Source of the DNA: Mycobacteriales bacterium
Lineage (GTDB): Bacteria; Actinomycetota; Actinomycetes; JAFAQI01
DNA length: 64,000 nucleotides
Direction: 5' to 3'
Assembly (NCBI GenBank): GCA_035695245.1
Contig: DASSEQ010000054.1
Location: forward strand, 731 to 64,730
Part shown: positions 28,879-38,845 of the stretch, one piece after another
How the letters are laid out: the number at the start of each line of letters is the position of its first letter
Numbering within the stretch: the first letter of the stretch is position 1
The notes under the pieces: model-generated
The model's database searches: none
Told to the model about the DNA's origin: nothing
What the model saw: the letters and a program-made list of their open reading frames with translations, nothing else
Position numbers and translations under genes: made by a program

Positions 28879-30992
28879 TGCGCGTCCATCCGGGCGAGCG
28901 GCATCGTCAGCGTCGTGTGGTGGACCGGGAGGTCGAGCAGTCGGGTCGTCACGCGGTCCAGGATGCGCTCGTGCACGTCATCGGCGCCGGCCTCGGTCAC
29001 GTCGATCACGAGGTAGTGGTCGCGACCGCGACGGGCAAGATCCAGGAACGACTCTCGGACCCGCTCGTGGAATGCCACCGCCTCGGCCTCCAGGCGGTCA
29101 CCCGGGCCGGTCACGCGCGCCAGCCCGACGCCGGGCGCCACGTCGAGAAGCACCGTGAGATCGGGACTCAGGCCGTCACTCGCCCAGCGGGACAGCCGCC
29201 GCACCTCATGCGGGTCGAGGGCACGGCCTGCTCCCTGGTAGGCCAACGACGAGTCGACGTAGCGGTCCGTGACGACGATGGCGCCGCGCTCCAGTGCGGG
29301 GCGGATGACCTCGTTGACGTGCTGGGCGCGGTCCGCGGCATACAACATCGCCTCGGTGCGCGCCGACATGTCAGTGTTGGACCGATCGAGCAAAACGGTT
29401 CGGATCTGGCGACCTACCGCTGTCGCACCGGGTTCGAAGGTGGCGACGACGTCGTAACCGCGGGATCGCAGCGCCGAGACGAGCCTCGCGGCCTGGGTCG
29501 ACTTGCCTGCACCCTCACCGCCCTCGAAGGCGATGAATAGCCCGCCTTGGCCGCGCCCCTGCTCGGGCGCACGACGACGCAATGCAGCGACGAGGTCGGC
29601 CCGAAGCGTGACGTCACGACGGTCATCCATCATGCGAAGGCAAACGACGCCGACGATGACCGCGATGACACCGGCGCCGAACAGCGTCAGCGTGACGCCA
29701 TCGAGCCGCACGTGGGCGCGTTGCACGCTGAGGGTGTGCTGGCCGATGACGCCGGCGATGAAAGGCGCCGCCGCCACCATCACCAGCAACACGATGCGCA
29801 TCAGGTTGTAGATGAACGCGAACGTGCGACCGCGAATCTCGTCGGCCACCTCCGAGCCGACCAGGGTGAGTGCAACCACCCAGACGACGCCGGCGAAGAA
29901 ACCCAGCATCCCGGTCAGCACGACGGCAAGTGCGAGGTTGGGCACCACCGCGTCGATGGCGAGAGTCACGCCCGAGCCGATGATGGCCAAGCCGACCACG
30001 CGGCGCCGGGACAGACCACCGACCGCTTTGGGGCCGAGGAACATGCCGGACGCGAGGCCGACGAAGACGGTGCCGAAGAGCACACCGTAGGCGGCGTTAC
30101 CACCGTTGAGGTCGTTGGCGAAGACGCGCGACAGACCGATGACGGCCGCACCCGCACCGGTCGCGCCGGAGATGCCGATGACCAGGCCCTTCAGCCAAGG
30201 TTCGTGCGCCAGGAAGCGCACACCTTCGGCAATGGAGCGCAGCAGACCGACCTGCTCCACCGGTGCCGTGCTCTGCGAATCACTCGGCCGTGCGCTGCTG
30301 ATCTGCCGGAGATTGATGATGGTCAGGCCCGACACCAGGAAGGTCAGGGCATCGAGATACAGCGCCAGGTCGACCGGATTCGTTCGGAAGAACGTCACCT
30401 CGTGTGCGAGCACCCGGTTGACGAACGACAGCGCCGAGAAGACCGCGGCCGCGATCGCTCCGAACCCGTAGGTCGTCACGAGGTTGAGCTGGTTGGCCGC
30501 TTCCAGCTTCGCGCGCGGCACAAGGTTGGGGATCGAGGCTTCCTTTGCCGGGATCCAGAACAAGCTCGCGCACTCGATCAGGAACGACGCGATCAGCAGC
30601 CACGGCAACGTGCGAACCAGGGGAATCGAAACGAACAACCCGAACCTGATCCCGTCGGTGACGACCATCGTCGTACGACGGTTGAACCGGTCCGCCCAAG
30701 CGCCGGCGAAAGGCCCGATGACCACCGCCGGAAGCAGCCGAACGAACAGCACACCGCCGATGGCGTAGAGCTTCGCCGAGTAGGTGCCGACGAGTTGTTG
30801 TGCCAGCGACGTGGTCGCCAGGAAACCCAGCCAGTCGCCGAGGCTGGACAGCGACAGCGAGATCCAAAGCCGCCGGAACGGTGCGATCGCGAGCACGTCG
30901 CGGATCTCGTGTTCGCGCGGAGGCGCGGACGCGACATCGCCGAGCTCACGCACATGCGTGCCCGTCGGCCGGCGCAAAGACCTCGGACTCAT
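28875..30992 (-). CDS. tmk: fusion protein: N-terminal MFS-type polytopic membrane domain + C-terminal thymidylate kinase
   Basis: Track ORF, 705 aa. About the first 480 aa are MFS-like TM helices (FRRLWISLSLSSLGDWL, ADRFNRR). The last 222 aa are dTMP kinase (FIAFEGGEGAGKSTQ, VVTDRYVDSSLAYQG); the Tmk domain is about nt 28878..29543. Confidence 0.85.
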   Translation of the reverse strand: MSPRSLRRPTGTHVRELGDVASAPPREHEIRDVLAIAPFRRLWISLSLSSLGDWLGFLATTSLAQQLVGTYSAKLYAIGGVLFVRLLPAVVIGPFAGAWADRFNRRTTMVVTDGIRFGLFVSIPLVRTLPWLLIASFLIECASLFWIPAKEASIPNLVPRAKLEAANQLNLVTTYGFGAIAAAVFSALSFVNRVLAHEVTFFRTNPVDLALYLDALTFLVSGLTIINLRQISSARPSDSQSTAPVEQVGLLRSIAEGVRFLAHEPWLKGLVIGISGATGAGAAVIGLSRVFANDLNGGNAAYGVLFGTVFVGLASGMFLGPKAVGGLSRRRVVGLAIIGSGVTLAIDAVVPNLALAVVLTGMLGFFAGVVWVVALTLVGSEVADEIRGRTFAFIYNLMRIVLLVMVAAAPFIAGVIGQHTLSVQRAHVRLDGVTLTLFGAGVIAVIVGVVCLRMMDDRRDVTLRADLVAALRRRAPEQGRGQGGLFIAFEGGEGAGKSTQAARLVSALRSRGYDVVATFEPGATAVGRQIRTVLLDRSNTDMSARTEAMLYAADRAQHVNEVIRPALERGAIVVTDRYVDSSLAYQGAGRALDPHEVRRLSRWASDGLSPDLTVLLDVAPGVGLARVTGPGDRLEAEAVAFHERVRESFLDLARRGRDHYLVIDVTEAGADDVHERILDRVTTRLLDLPVHHTTLTMPLARMDAQ

Positions 30993-31064
30993 CCGGCCCT
31001 CACTCTAAGATGCGAGCCGCGTCGAAGCCCGCAGTTGCGCACAGGTGGGGAGAAGTCGCGCCGG

Positions 31065-33824
31065 CTAGGTTCGTTTCTTTGCCGCAGTCTTTTTCGCCGC
31101 TGACTTCTTGGCTGCGCTCTTCTTCGCCGCGGTCTTCTTGGCCGTTCGTTTGCGCGGGGTGGCAGGACCCTTCGCTCGACGCTCGGCGAGAAGCTCCGCC
31201 GCCCGGTCGATCGTGATCTCTTCGACGCTGTCTCCCTTGCGCAGGCTCGCGTTGGTCTCGCCATCGGTGACGTAGGGGCCGAAGCGACCCTCCTTGACCT
31301 GCACGGTCGCACCCGAGGCAGGATCCTTGCCCAGCTCGCGCAGCGGTCCGGCGGCGGCTCGACGGCCGCGTGTCTTCGGCTGTGCCAAGAGCGCAAGCGC
31401 GTCCGCCAGGCTGACGGTGAACAGCTGCTCCTCCGACTCGAGCGAGCGCGACTCCGCTCCGCGTTTCACGTATGGCCCGTATCTGCCGTTCTGCGCAGTG
31501 ACCTCTTCCCCGTTGGCCGGATCGACCCCGAGGGTGCGCGGCAACGACAACAACCGCAACGCGTCGTCGAGGGTGACGGTCTCGATGTCCATCGCCTTGA
31601 ACAAGGAAGCCGTTCGCGCGTCGCCACCATCAAGTGGCTGCGTGGTGACGTAGGGCCCGTAACGGCCGGCGCGCACGAGCACCGGCTCGCCGCTGCCGGG
31701 GTCCTGCCCGAGCAACCGCTCGTCGCTTTGCTTCTCGAGCAGGTTCAAGGCTTTCTCGATGGTGAGCTCGTCCGGCGGAAGGTCCTCGGGCACGCTCGCC
31801 CGCGCCGACTCCGAACCGTCCACACCTTTCTGCACGTACGGTCCGTAGCGGCCGACCCTCACGACAATCGGCTCTCCGTCCGGCACCGTGTCAGACGGAG
31901 CAATGCCGATCGGTATCGAGTTGACCTCACGCGCATCGATCTCGCCGAGGCGGTGATGGACGAGCTCTTTCAGCCCTTCGGAGACGCCGTCACCGGGTGC
32001 GCCGAAGTAGAACCGGGTCAACCACTCGACACCTTCGCGCTCGCCATTGGCGATCTCGTCGAGGTCGTCCTCCATCTCGGCCGTGAACCCGTAGTCGACC
32101 AACCTGGAGAAGTGTTGCTCGAGCAGTCCGGTCACGGCGAAGGCGGTGAAGGAAGGAACGAGCGCGGTGCCACGCTTGAACACATAGCCGCGGTCAAGAA
32201 TGGTCGAGATGATCGACGCGTAGGTCGACGGCCGTCCGATCCCGAGTTCCTCCAACGTCTTCACCAAGCTTGCTTCGGTGAAGCGTGCCGGTGGGTTCGT
32301 CGAGTGTGTCTGCGGCTCGATGCCTGCCGCCTGCAGGGCCTGGCCCTGTGACAGCGGTGGCAACCGGCGCTCAGCGTCTTCGCGTTCGGACTCGTCGTCA
32401 CTTTCTTCAACGTAGGCGCGCAAGAAGCCGGGGAAGGTGATGACCTTTCCGGACGCACCGAATTCGGCTTCCGTCTGCTCAGCGTCGGTCGTTGCCGCCG
32501 CTGTGCCGACGACACGCACACTGACGGACTGTCCGGTTGCATCTGCCATCTGCGAGGCAACAGTGCGTTGCCAGATCAGCTCATACAAACGGAACTCGTC
32601 TCCGCCTAGCTCGCCTCGCACTTCCCGCGGAGTGCGGAAGCGGTCGCCGGCAGGGCGGATCGCCTCATGCGCTTCCTGCGCATTCTTGACCTTGCGCTCG
32701 TAGCGCCGGGGCGCGTTCGGCACGTAGGAATCGCCGTACAGCTCCCGGGCCTGGGCCCGGGCTGCCGTCAGGGCCGTCTCGGACAACGTGGTCGAGTCGG
32801 TGCGCATGTATGTGATGTAGCCGTTCTCATACAGCCGCTGCGCCAGCCGCATCGTCACACTCGCCGGGAAGCGGAGCTTTCGGCTGCCTTCTTGCTGCAG
32901 CGTGCTCGTCATGAACGGCGGGTACGGCGACCTGCGATAAGGCCGCTCGTCGACGCTGCGGACCGAGAACGAGCTGTCGGTGAGGCGCCTGGCCAATGCG
33001 GCGGCAGCCTCGCCGTCCAGCCGGACGACGTCTGAGGAAAGCTCGCCGGACTCGTTGAAGTCACGTCCGGTCGCAACACGCTTGCCGTCGAGTCCGACAA
33101 GAGTCGCCTCGAAAGAGTGCGGCGTCTCGTCCCGGCCGGTGTCGAAGGTGGCTTCGAGGTCCCAATAGTCGGCGCTGCGGAAACGCATCCGCGCGCGTTC
33201 GCGCTCCACCAGCAGACGGGTGGCGACCGATTGCACCCGTCCCGCGGACAGGCGTGGCATGACCTTCTTCCACAGCACCGGCGAGACTTCGTAGCCGTAG
33301 AGCCGATCCAGGATCCGCCGCGTCTCCTGCGCGTCGACGAGTGACCGGTTGATCTCCCGTGGCGTCTCGACCGCATCGCGGATCGCCTGCGGCGTGATCT
33401 CGTGGAAGACCATCCGGCGCACCGGCACGCGGGGCTTGAGCACCTCCATGAGGTGCCATGCGATGGCCTCGCCTTCCCGGTCCTCATCGGTGGCGAGCAG
33501 TAGTTCGTCGGCGTCTCGGAGTGCGGCCTTCAGCTTCGCGACTTGCTGTTTCTTGTCGGGGTTGACGACATAGAGCGGCTCGAAGCCGTGATCGACGTCG
33601 ACGCCGAGGCGCGACCAGGCCTCTTTCTTCACCTCGGCCGGGATCTCCGCGCTGCTGCTCGGCAGGTCGCGGATGTGACCGATCGAGGACTCGACGACGT
33701 AGTTGGGACCGAGGTAGCCGGCGATGGTCCGGGCCTTCGCCGGCGACTCCACGATGACCAGCCGGCGGCGCTCGGCGCCGTCGGTAGCGGTCGCGCCATC
33801 AGATCTGGCGCTCGTGCGTGCCAC
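31065..33824 (-). CDS. topA: DNA topoisomerase I (type IA)
   Basis: Track ORF. Toprim start LVIVESPAKARTIAGYLG and active-site Tyr region YITYMRTDS. Lys/Ala-rich C-terminal tail (KKTAAKKSAAKKSAAKKTAAKK) instead of zinc fingers, as in actinobacteria. Confidence 0.97.
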   Translation of the reverse strand: MARTSARSDGATATDGAERRRLVIVESPAKARTIAGYLGPNYVVESSIGHIRDLPSSSAEIPAEVKKEAWSRLGVDVDHGFEPLYVVNPDKKQQVAKLKAALRDADELLLATDEDREGEAIAWHLMEVLKPRVPVRRMVFHEITPQAIRDAVETPREINRSLVDAQETRRILDRLYGYEVSPVLWKKVMPRLSAGRVQSVATRLLVERERARMRFRSADYWDLEATFDTGRDETPHSFEATLVGLDGKRVATGRDFNESGELSSDVVRLDGEAAAALARRLTDSSFSVRSVDERPYRRSPYPPFMTSTLQQEGSRKLRFPASVTMRLAQRLYENGYITYMRTDSTTLSETALTAARAQARELYGDSYVPNAPRRYERKVKNAQEAHEAIRPAGDRFRTPREVRGELGGDEFRLYELIWQRTVASQMADATGQSVSVRVVGTAAATTDAEQTEAEFGASGKVITFPGFLRAYVEESDDESEREDAERRLPPLSQGQALQAAGIEPQTHSTNPPARFTEASLVKTLEELGIGRPSTYASIISTILDRGYVFKRGTALVPSFTAFAVTGLLEQHFSRLVDYGFTAEMEDDLDEIANGEREGVEWLTRFYFGAPGDGVSEGLKELVHHRLGEIDAREVNSIPIGIAPSDTVPDGEPIVVRVGRYGPYVQKGVDGSESARASVPEDLPPDELTIEKALNLLEKQSDERLLGQDPGSGEPVLVRAGRYGPYVTTQPLDGGDARTASLFKAMDIETVTLDDALRLLSLPRTLGVDPANGEEVTAQNGRYGPYVKRGAESRSLESEEQLFTVSLADALALLAQPKTRGRRAAAGPLRELGKDPASGATVQVKEGRFGPYVTDGETNASLRKGDSVEEITIDRAAELLAERRAKGPATPRKRTAKKTAAKKSAAKKSAAKKTAAKKRT

Positions 33825-33844
33825 GTGTCTCCTCGGTCTCGCGG

Positions 33845-34444
33845 TCAGATCCTGGCGCGGATGTCGGCCGGCCAGCCGTTGTCAGGGACGCCGACCGGTG
33901 GCTCACCGACGAGTTCGCGCAGCCGGGTCAGCCGTCGCTGCCCGACGATGCGGTACGCCGGCCCTGCGGCGCGAGGCCCGACGAGCGCACCAGGCACACC
34001 CGCGGTCGCCAGCGCGGCGCCCACGGCGGTCCAGGCGGGCTCGTCGCTCGCACCGAGCGCCAGGGTATACATGCCCGGCTCGCCGGTGCCCGCACTGAGG
34101 CACCACCAGCGCAGGCGGCCACCGTCGATCGCCCACCCCGGAGGCGGCAGCTTGACCGCCCCGCGGGTCCAGGCGTCAGCCAACTCACGCAACGCCTCGA
34201 GCCAGGGCGACCCCACCGTGACACCGCCGGCCGCGACGCGTTCGGCGTCGTCGATCTCCGCGCGGAGACCGAGCACAGCCATCTCGTTGGCCAGGGCCCG
34301 AACGCGCCAGTCGTCGCTGACCACGACGCTGACACGCGCCTGCCCACCACGGCGCACGACCTGACCGGGGCCGGCGAGCAGCCCTTCGAGGTCGGCGACG
34401 CGGGGGTCCCGCGCGCCGGCGGAGAACAGTGACATCTGGCCCAT
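33845..34444 (-). CDS. conserved hypothetical protein (199 aa)
   Basis: Track ORF 33845..35071 trimmed to ATG 34444 (MGQMSLFSAGARDPRVADLEGLL..). The upstream 200 codons are Arg/Gly/Ala junk overlapping the methyltransferase gene. Confidence 0.55.
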   Translation of the reverse strand: MGQMSLFSAGARDPRVADLEGLLAGPGQVVRRGGQARVSVVVSDDWRVRALANEMAVLGLRAEIDDAERVAAGGVTVGSPWLEALRELADAWTRGAVKLPPPGWAIDGGRLRWWCLSAGTGEPGMYTLALGASDEPAWTAVGAALATAGVPGALVGPRAAGPAYRIVGQRRLTRLRELVGEPPVGVPDNGWPADIRARI

Positions 34445-34455
34445 CGGGGCCGACA

Positions 34456-35928
34456 CTACGCGGGCGGTGGCAACAACAAGCCCCGCTCGACCAGCCCCCG
34501 TGCTGTCGCAGCCACCGCCGCTGCCACAGCGGCCGGCGCCTCGCCGAGACTGGCCGCGAGCACGCTCGCGAGCCGGGCCAGTGGGGTCGCGCCATCGCAC
34601 CCGGCGACCAGTGCGGCGGTCGCGTCGTCGCACGGGAGCCGAAAGCGGAGCCCCCGATCCAGGCGCAGCGCCTGCCCGGCCGGATCCCAACCGTGAGCTG
34701 TTCGAACCCGGGCGACGTCGTGCCGCACGTCGGGGGCGACGGACAGCGCCGTTGCCAGCAACTCGTCGTCGTCCCGGGTCCGGAGCCACGCAACCCGGTC
34801 GAGCCACTCGGCGAGGTCCGGCCCCAGCGGCTGGTCGACCGGATGCAGCACCTCTTCCGCGGCGAGATGGTGGGGAGCAGTTGATCTGCGCATCAGCACC
34901 CAGCCGAATCCGATCGCCTCGACGTCGCGCTCCTGCATCCAACGCAGCCACTCGTCGGCGCGCTCGTCGTCGTAGTCGCCCACATCGGTCGACCACGTGC
35001 TGACGTAGTCGACCGGGTCTTGCACGTCCCGCTGCACCAACCACGCGTCGCACTCCAGGTCGACCACCCACGAAGCGAACCGGTCCCGCCAGTCTTCGCC
35101 GCGCACCTGCGCGACGTTGACCAGAAGCTGCGCGACACCACCGTCGACGAGGACCGACGCCGCCGACTGCACGACCTCGCGGGAGATGTCATCGAGGTCA
35201 CGACCGGCGTCTCGGTAGGCGAAGCGCGGTGCCGGCCCTACGACGAACGGCGGGTTGCAGACGACGAGGTCAAAGCTGCGGTCCGGCACCCCGGCGACCA
35301 AGTCGCCTTCGACCAGGTCCACCTCGACGCCGGAGAGAGCGAACGTTGTCGCGGCCAACCGCAGCGCACGTGGCATCACGTCCGTCGCCGTCACGTGACT
35401 CGAGTGACGCGACAAGTGCAATGCCTGCACGCCACAACCCGTCCCGATGTCGAGCGCGCGCCCCACGAGGCGACGAACGGTGAGTTGGGCAAGAGTCGCC
35501 GACGCCCCTCCGACACCGAGCACATGGTCGCTTCGCTTCGGCCGGCCGCGGGCGTCGGTGCGATCCGACACGACCCACCAGTCGCAGTCGTCGTCGGCAT
35601 GCGGAGCAACTTCGACCGGACAACGCACGCCGCTTCCGGACAGGACCAGCAACTCGTCGCAGTCCGACACGGGCAACGCAGCAGCGACCTGTTCGGTGTC
35701 GAGCGTGTCGCCGAGGAGCAACAGTCGGATCAGCAGCGCCTGCTGGTCCCGGGCTGTCCCGAGGGCGACGTGCGCCGGCGCGGTTTCGTGCCGTCCGAGG
35801 GCCGTGACGGCGGTCGCGCCGATCCGTTCGACGATGCCGTCGACGGTGTACGACGAACGGCGCAGCGCATCAGATATGCGCCGCGCCCCGTCGTGCGTCA
35901 GCAGAGCAGGATGAGCCAGGCCGGTCAG
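34456..35928 (-). CDS. class I SAM-dependent methyltransferase (NPPF/HemK-RsmC-like core with conserved N-terminal domain)
   Basis: Track ORF 34456..35721 (TTG). The frame stays open upstream to 35928 and encodes a family-like N-terminus (ISDALRRSSYTVDGIVERIGATAVTALGRHETAPA..). Motifs DIGTGCGVQAL and VVCNPPFVVGP. The only candidate start for the long form is CTG 35928. Confidence 0.7.
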   Translation of the reverse strand: MTGLAHPALLTHDGARRISDALRRSSYTVDGIVERIGATAVTALGRHETAPAHVALGTARDQQALLIRLLLLGDTLDTEQVAAALPVSDCDELLVLSGSGVRCPVEVAPHADDDCDWWVVSDRTDARGRPKRSDHVLGVGGASATLAQLTVRRLVGRALDIGTGCGVQALHLSRHSSHVTATDVMPRALRLAATTFALSGVEVDLVEGDLVAGVPDRSFDLVVCNPPFVVGPAPRFAYRDAGRDLDDISREVVQSAASVLVDGGVAQLLVNVAQVRGEDWRDRFASWVVDLECDAWLVQRDVQDPVDYVSTWSTDVGDYDDERADEWLRWMQERDVEAIGFGWVLMRRSTAPHHLAAEEVLHPVDQPLGPDLAEWLDRVAWLRTRDDDELLATALSVAPDVRHDVARVRTAHGWDPAGQALRLDRGLRFRLPCDDATAALVAGCDGATPLARLASVLAASLGEAPAAVAAAVAATARGLVERGLLLPPPA

Positions 35929-38258
35929 GGTGTTGCGGCCGTCTCCACGGCCGGCTTCTCGCTGCCGAAGCCGACCTGCCGCCGCTTGCTGACCACGACG
36001 GCGCCGACGATGAGACCGAGCGCGACAACCCCGACGATGACGCGCACCGCGGTGTTCTGGTGCGAGCCGTGCACGCCGTACTTCACAACGGTCGGTGCGA
36101 CCAGCAACGCCACCAGGTTCATCACCTTGATGAGCGGGTTGAGAGCCGGGCCGGCGGTGTCCTTGAACGGGTCGCCGACGGTGTCACCGATGACAGTCGC
36201 GGCGTGCGCCTCGGAGCCCTTGCCGCCGTAGTTGCCGTCCTCGACGAGCTTCTTCGCGTTGTCCCAGGCGCCACCGGAGTTGGCCAGCAGGATGGCCATG
36301 AGCACACCCGCCGCGATCGCACCGGCAAGGTAGGCACCGAGCGGCTCCCAGCCGAGCCAGAACCCGGTGGCGATAGGCGCGAGCACAGCCAGCAGACCCG
36401 GCGTAGCGAGCTCGCGCAACGAGTCACGAGTGCAGATGTCGACGACGCGTGCGTAGTCCGGTCGCACGGTGCCGTCCATGATTCCGGGGTTGTCGCGGAA
36501 CTGGTCGCGCACTTCGAAGACGACCTGGCCGGCCGCGCGCGACACGGCGTTGATGGCAAGGCCGGAGAACAGGAAGACAACGGCAGCACCGATGATCAGA
36601 CCGAACAAGACATTCGGCTTGTTCACCGCCAGCGCGAAGACGAACGTCGATGTTTGTTTGGACTTCTCCGCACCGACGTCGGTCGCGAACGAACCGAACA
36701 ATGCCGTTGCTGCGAGCACAGCAGTGGCGATCGCGATGCCCTTGGTGATGGCCTTCGTCGTGTTGCCGACGGCATCGAGCGCCGTCAAGACCTCGGCACC
36801 CTTGCCCTCGATCTCGCCCGACATCTCCGCGATGCCTTGGGCGTTGTCCGAGATCGGTCCGAAGGTGTCCATCGCGACGATGACACCGACCGTGGTCAGC
36901 AGGCCGGTGCCCGCCATCGCGACCGCGAAGAGCGCCAACACGGTCACGCCGTGCCCGAGCAGGAACGCGACATAGACGGCGCCGCCGATGAGCACTGCGG
37001 AGTAGACAGCGGACTCGAGACCGACGGAGAACCCGCCGAGGATCACGGTCGCCGGGCCGGTCAGCGACTGGCGGCCGATGTCCTGCACCGGGCGTCGCTC
37101 GGTCTCGGTGAAGTAGCCGGTGAGCACCTGGATCGCGCTGGCGAGGATGAGACCGACGAGCACGGCGAGGAACGCGGTCACCCGGGGGTCGGATCCGGCC
37201 ACCTTGGCGAGGTCGGCCGGGCTGAGGCCCGTGTGTCCGAGCTTGCTGTACGACGAGGGCAGGTAGACGAAGGCGACAACGAAGACGAGGATCGCGGACA
37301 CGATCGCAGAGATGAAGAAGCCTCGGTTGATCGCGGTGAGGCCGGTGCGGTCCCCCTCGCGCGGGGCGGTGACGAGCACACCGAGGATGGCTGTGATGAC
37401 ACCGACCGCCGGGATGATGAGCGGGAAGACAAGGCCCTGCGCGCCGAAGGCGACCTGGCCGAGAATCAACGAGGCCACGAGCGTCACGGCGTAGGACTCG
37501 AAGAGGTCGGCGGCCATGCCGGCGCAGTCACCGACGTTGTCACCGACGTTGTCCGCGATCGTCGCGGCGTTGCGTGGGTCGTCTTCGGGAATGCCCTGCT
37601 CGACCTTGCCGACGAGGTCGGCGCCGACGTCGGCAGCCTTGGTGAAAATGCCGCCACCGACACGCATGAACATCGCGAGCAGTGCGGCGCCGAAGCCGAA
37701 GCCCTCGAGCACCTGCGGTGCGTGCTGGTTGAAGATGAGCGTCACGACGCTCGCGCCGGTGAGACCCAGGCCGACCGTGAGCATGCCGACGGTGCCGCCG
37801 GACCGGAATGCGACGCGCATCGCCGGACGCGCGCCGTCGCTCTGGGCCGCTGCCGCGGTGCGCACGTTGGCGCGGGTCGCGAGCGTCATGCCGGCGAACC
37901 CGACGAAGGCCGAGAAGGTCGCACCGACGAGGAAGAACAAGGACCGCCCGATCCGCGCCCCTGTCGTGTCGGCGGGAAGGATGAACAACAGCGCAAAGAT
38001 GATGACGGCGAACGGCGCCAGCGTCGTGAACTGCCGGCGGAGGTAGGCCGCTGCACCCTCCTGCACCGCGCGGGAGATCTCGCGCATGCGCGGCGTGCCT
38101 TCGCTGAACGCGAGCACCTCGCGAGCGAAGACGCCCGCGACGAGCAGGGCGAAGATCGCCACGACCAGGACGACCACGAGGATTCCGTAGTCGCCGCCGG
38201 ATACCTTGGCGACGTCGACAGCGCGCGTGAGCGCCGGGTGTTGGGCAAGCGGGGACAT
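35925..38258 (-). CDS. hppA: membrane-bound proton-translocating pyrophosphatase, K+-independent type
   Basis: Track ORF, 777 aa, polytopic. Motifs GGIFTKAADVGADLVGKVE and DNVGDNVGD. GNTTKAITKG carries the Lys diagnostic of K+-independent enzymes. Confidence 0.95.
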   Translation of the reverse strand: MSPLAQHPALTRAVDVAKVSGGDYGILVVVLVVAIFALLVAGVFAREVLAFSEGTPRMREISRAVQEGAAAYLRRQFTTLAPFAVIIFALLFILPADTTGARIGRSLFFLVGATFSAFVGFAGMTLATRANVRTAAAAQSDGARPAMRVAFRSGGTVGMLTVGLGLTGASVVTLIFNQHAPQVLEGFGFGAALLAMFMRVGGGIFTKAADVGADLVGKVEQGIPEDDPRNAATIADNVGDNVGDCAGMAADLFESYAVTLVASLILGQVAFGAQGLVFPLIIPAVGVITAILGVLVTAPREGDRTGLTAINRGFFISAIVSAILVFVVAFVYLPSSYSKLGHTGLSPADLAKVAGSDPRVTAFLAVLVGLILASAIQVLTGYFTETERRPVQDIGRQSLTGPATVILGGFSVGLESAVYSAVLIGGAVYVAFLLGHGVTVLALFAVAMAGTGLLTTVGVIVAMDTFGPISDNAQGIAEMSGEIEGKGAEVLTALDAVGNTTKAITKGIAIATAVLAATALFGSFATDVGAEKSKQTSTFVFALAVNKPNVLFGLIIGAAVVFLFSGLAINAVSRAAGQVVFEVRDQFRDNPGIMDGTVRPDYARVVDICTRDSLRELATPGLLAVLAPIATGFWLGWEPLGAYLAGAIAAGVLMAILLANSGGAWDNAKKLVEDGNYGGKGSEAHAATVIGDTVGDPFKDTAGPALNPLIKVMNLVALLVAPTVVKYGVHGSHQNTAVRVIVGVVALGLIVGAVVVSKRRQVGFGSEKPAVETAATP

Positions 38259-38356
38259 CAGCGTCCTCCCGGTCGGGGCAGTGAAAGTAGAGCATCGGGG
38301 GGTCTGCGCACGACGGCGCGCCCCGGCCGGGGATGGAGTCTAACCGGAACCGAGGA

Positions 38357-38836
38357 TCAGTCGGCGGTCGGGGCCATCACGTCATGCGAAGGCCAGGTCA
38401 TGCGCACGTGCGTGCCGTCGACCTCGCTCGTCACGCCCATCTGCTCGACCAGGCCGCTGATGACCGCGAGCCCGAAGCCCGGCGGCAACAGCTCGGGCAG
38501 CGGGTCGCTGCCGGCATCACGGGGGGCCGGTGCGGCCAAGGCGTCGGCGTCGAGATCGAGATCGCCGGGCGACACGCTCGCCTCCAGCGGGCCGATATCC
38601 ACCACCTCGACGGTGAACTGGTCCTGCTCGTCGATCAACCGCATGACGACAGGATCTTCGGGGGCTTTCGACTGGTGGATGCCGACGGCACGCGAACACG
38701 CCTCACCGACTGCGAGCCGCACCTCGTCGAGAAGGTCGTCGTCCACACCGGCCCGGCGCGCAACGGCGAGTGCAACCAGGCGAGCCGTGCGCACGTGTGC
38801 CGGCAGCGCAGTAAAGCTGACCTCGACGGTCGCCAT
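38357..38836 (-). CDS. RsbW/SpoIIAB-like anti-sigma factor (GHKL fold), ApgA-like; N-box Asn not conserved
   Basis: Track ORF, 159 aa. LAVGEACSRAV aligns with the RsbW sequence AVSEACTNAV. G-box remnants VVDIGP and PPGFGLAVISGL. Lies directly downstream of the STAS gene. Confidence 0.75.
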   Translation of the reverse strand: MATVEVSFTALPAHVRTARLVALAVARRAGVDDDLLDEVRLAVGEACSRAVGIHQSKAPEDPVVMRLIDEQDQFTVEVVDIGPLEASVSPGDLDLDADALAAPAPRDAGSDPLPELLPPGFGLAVISGLVEQMGVTSEVDGTHVRMTWPSHDVMAPTAD

Positions 38837-38845
38837 TACAGCCGG

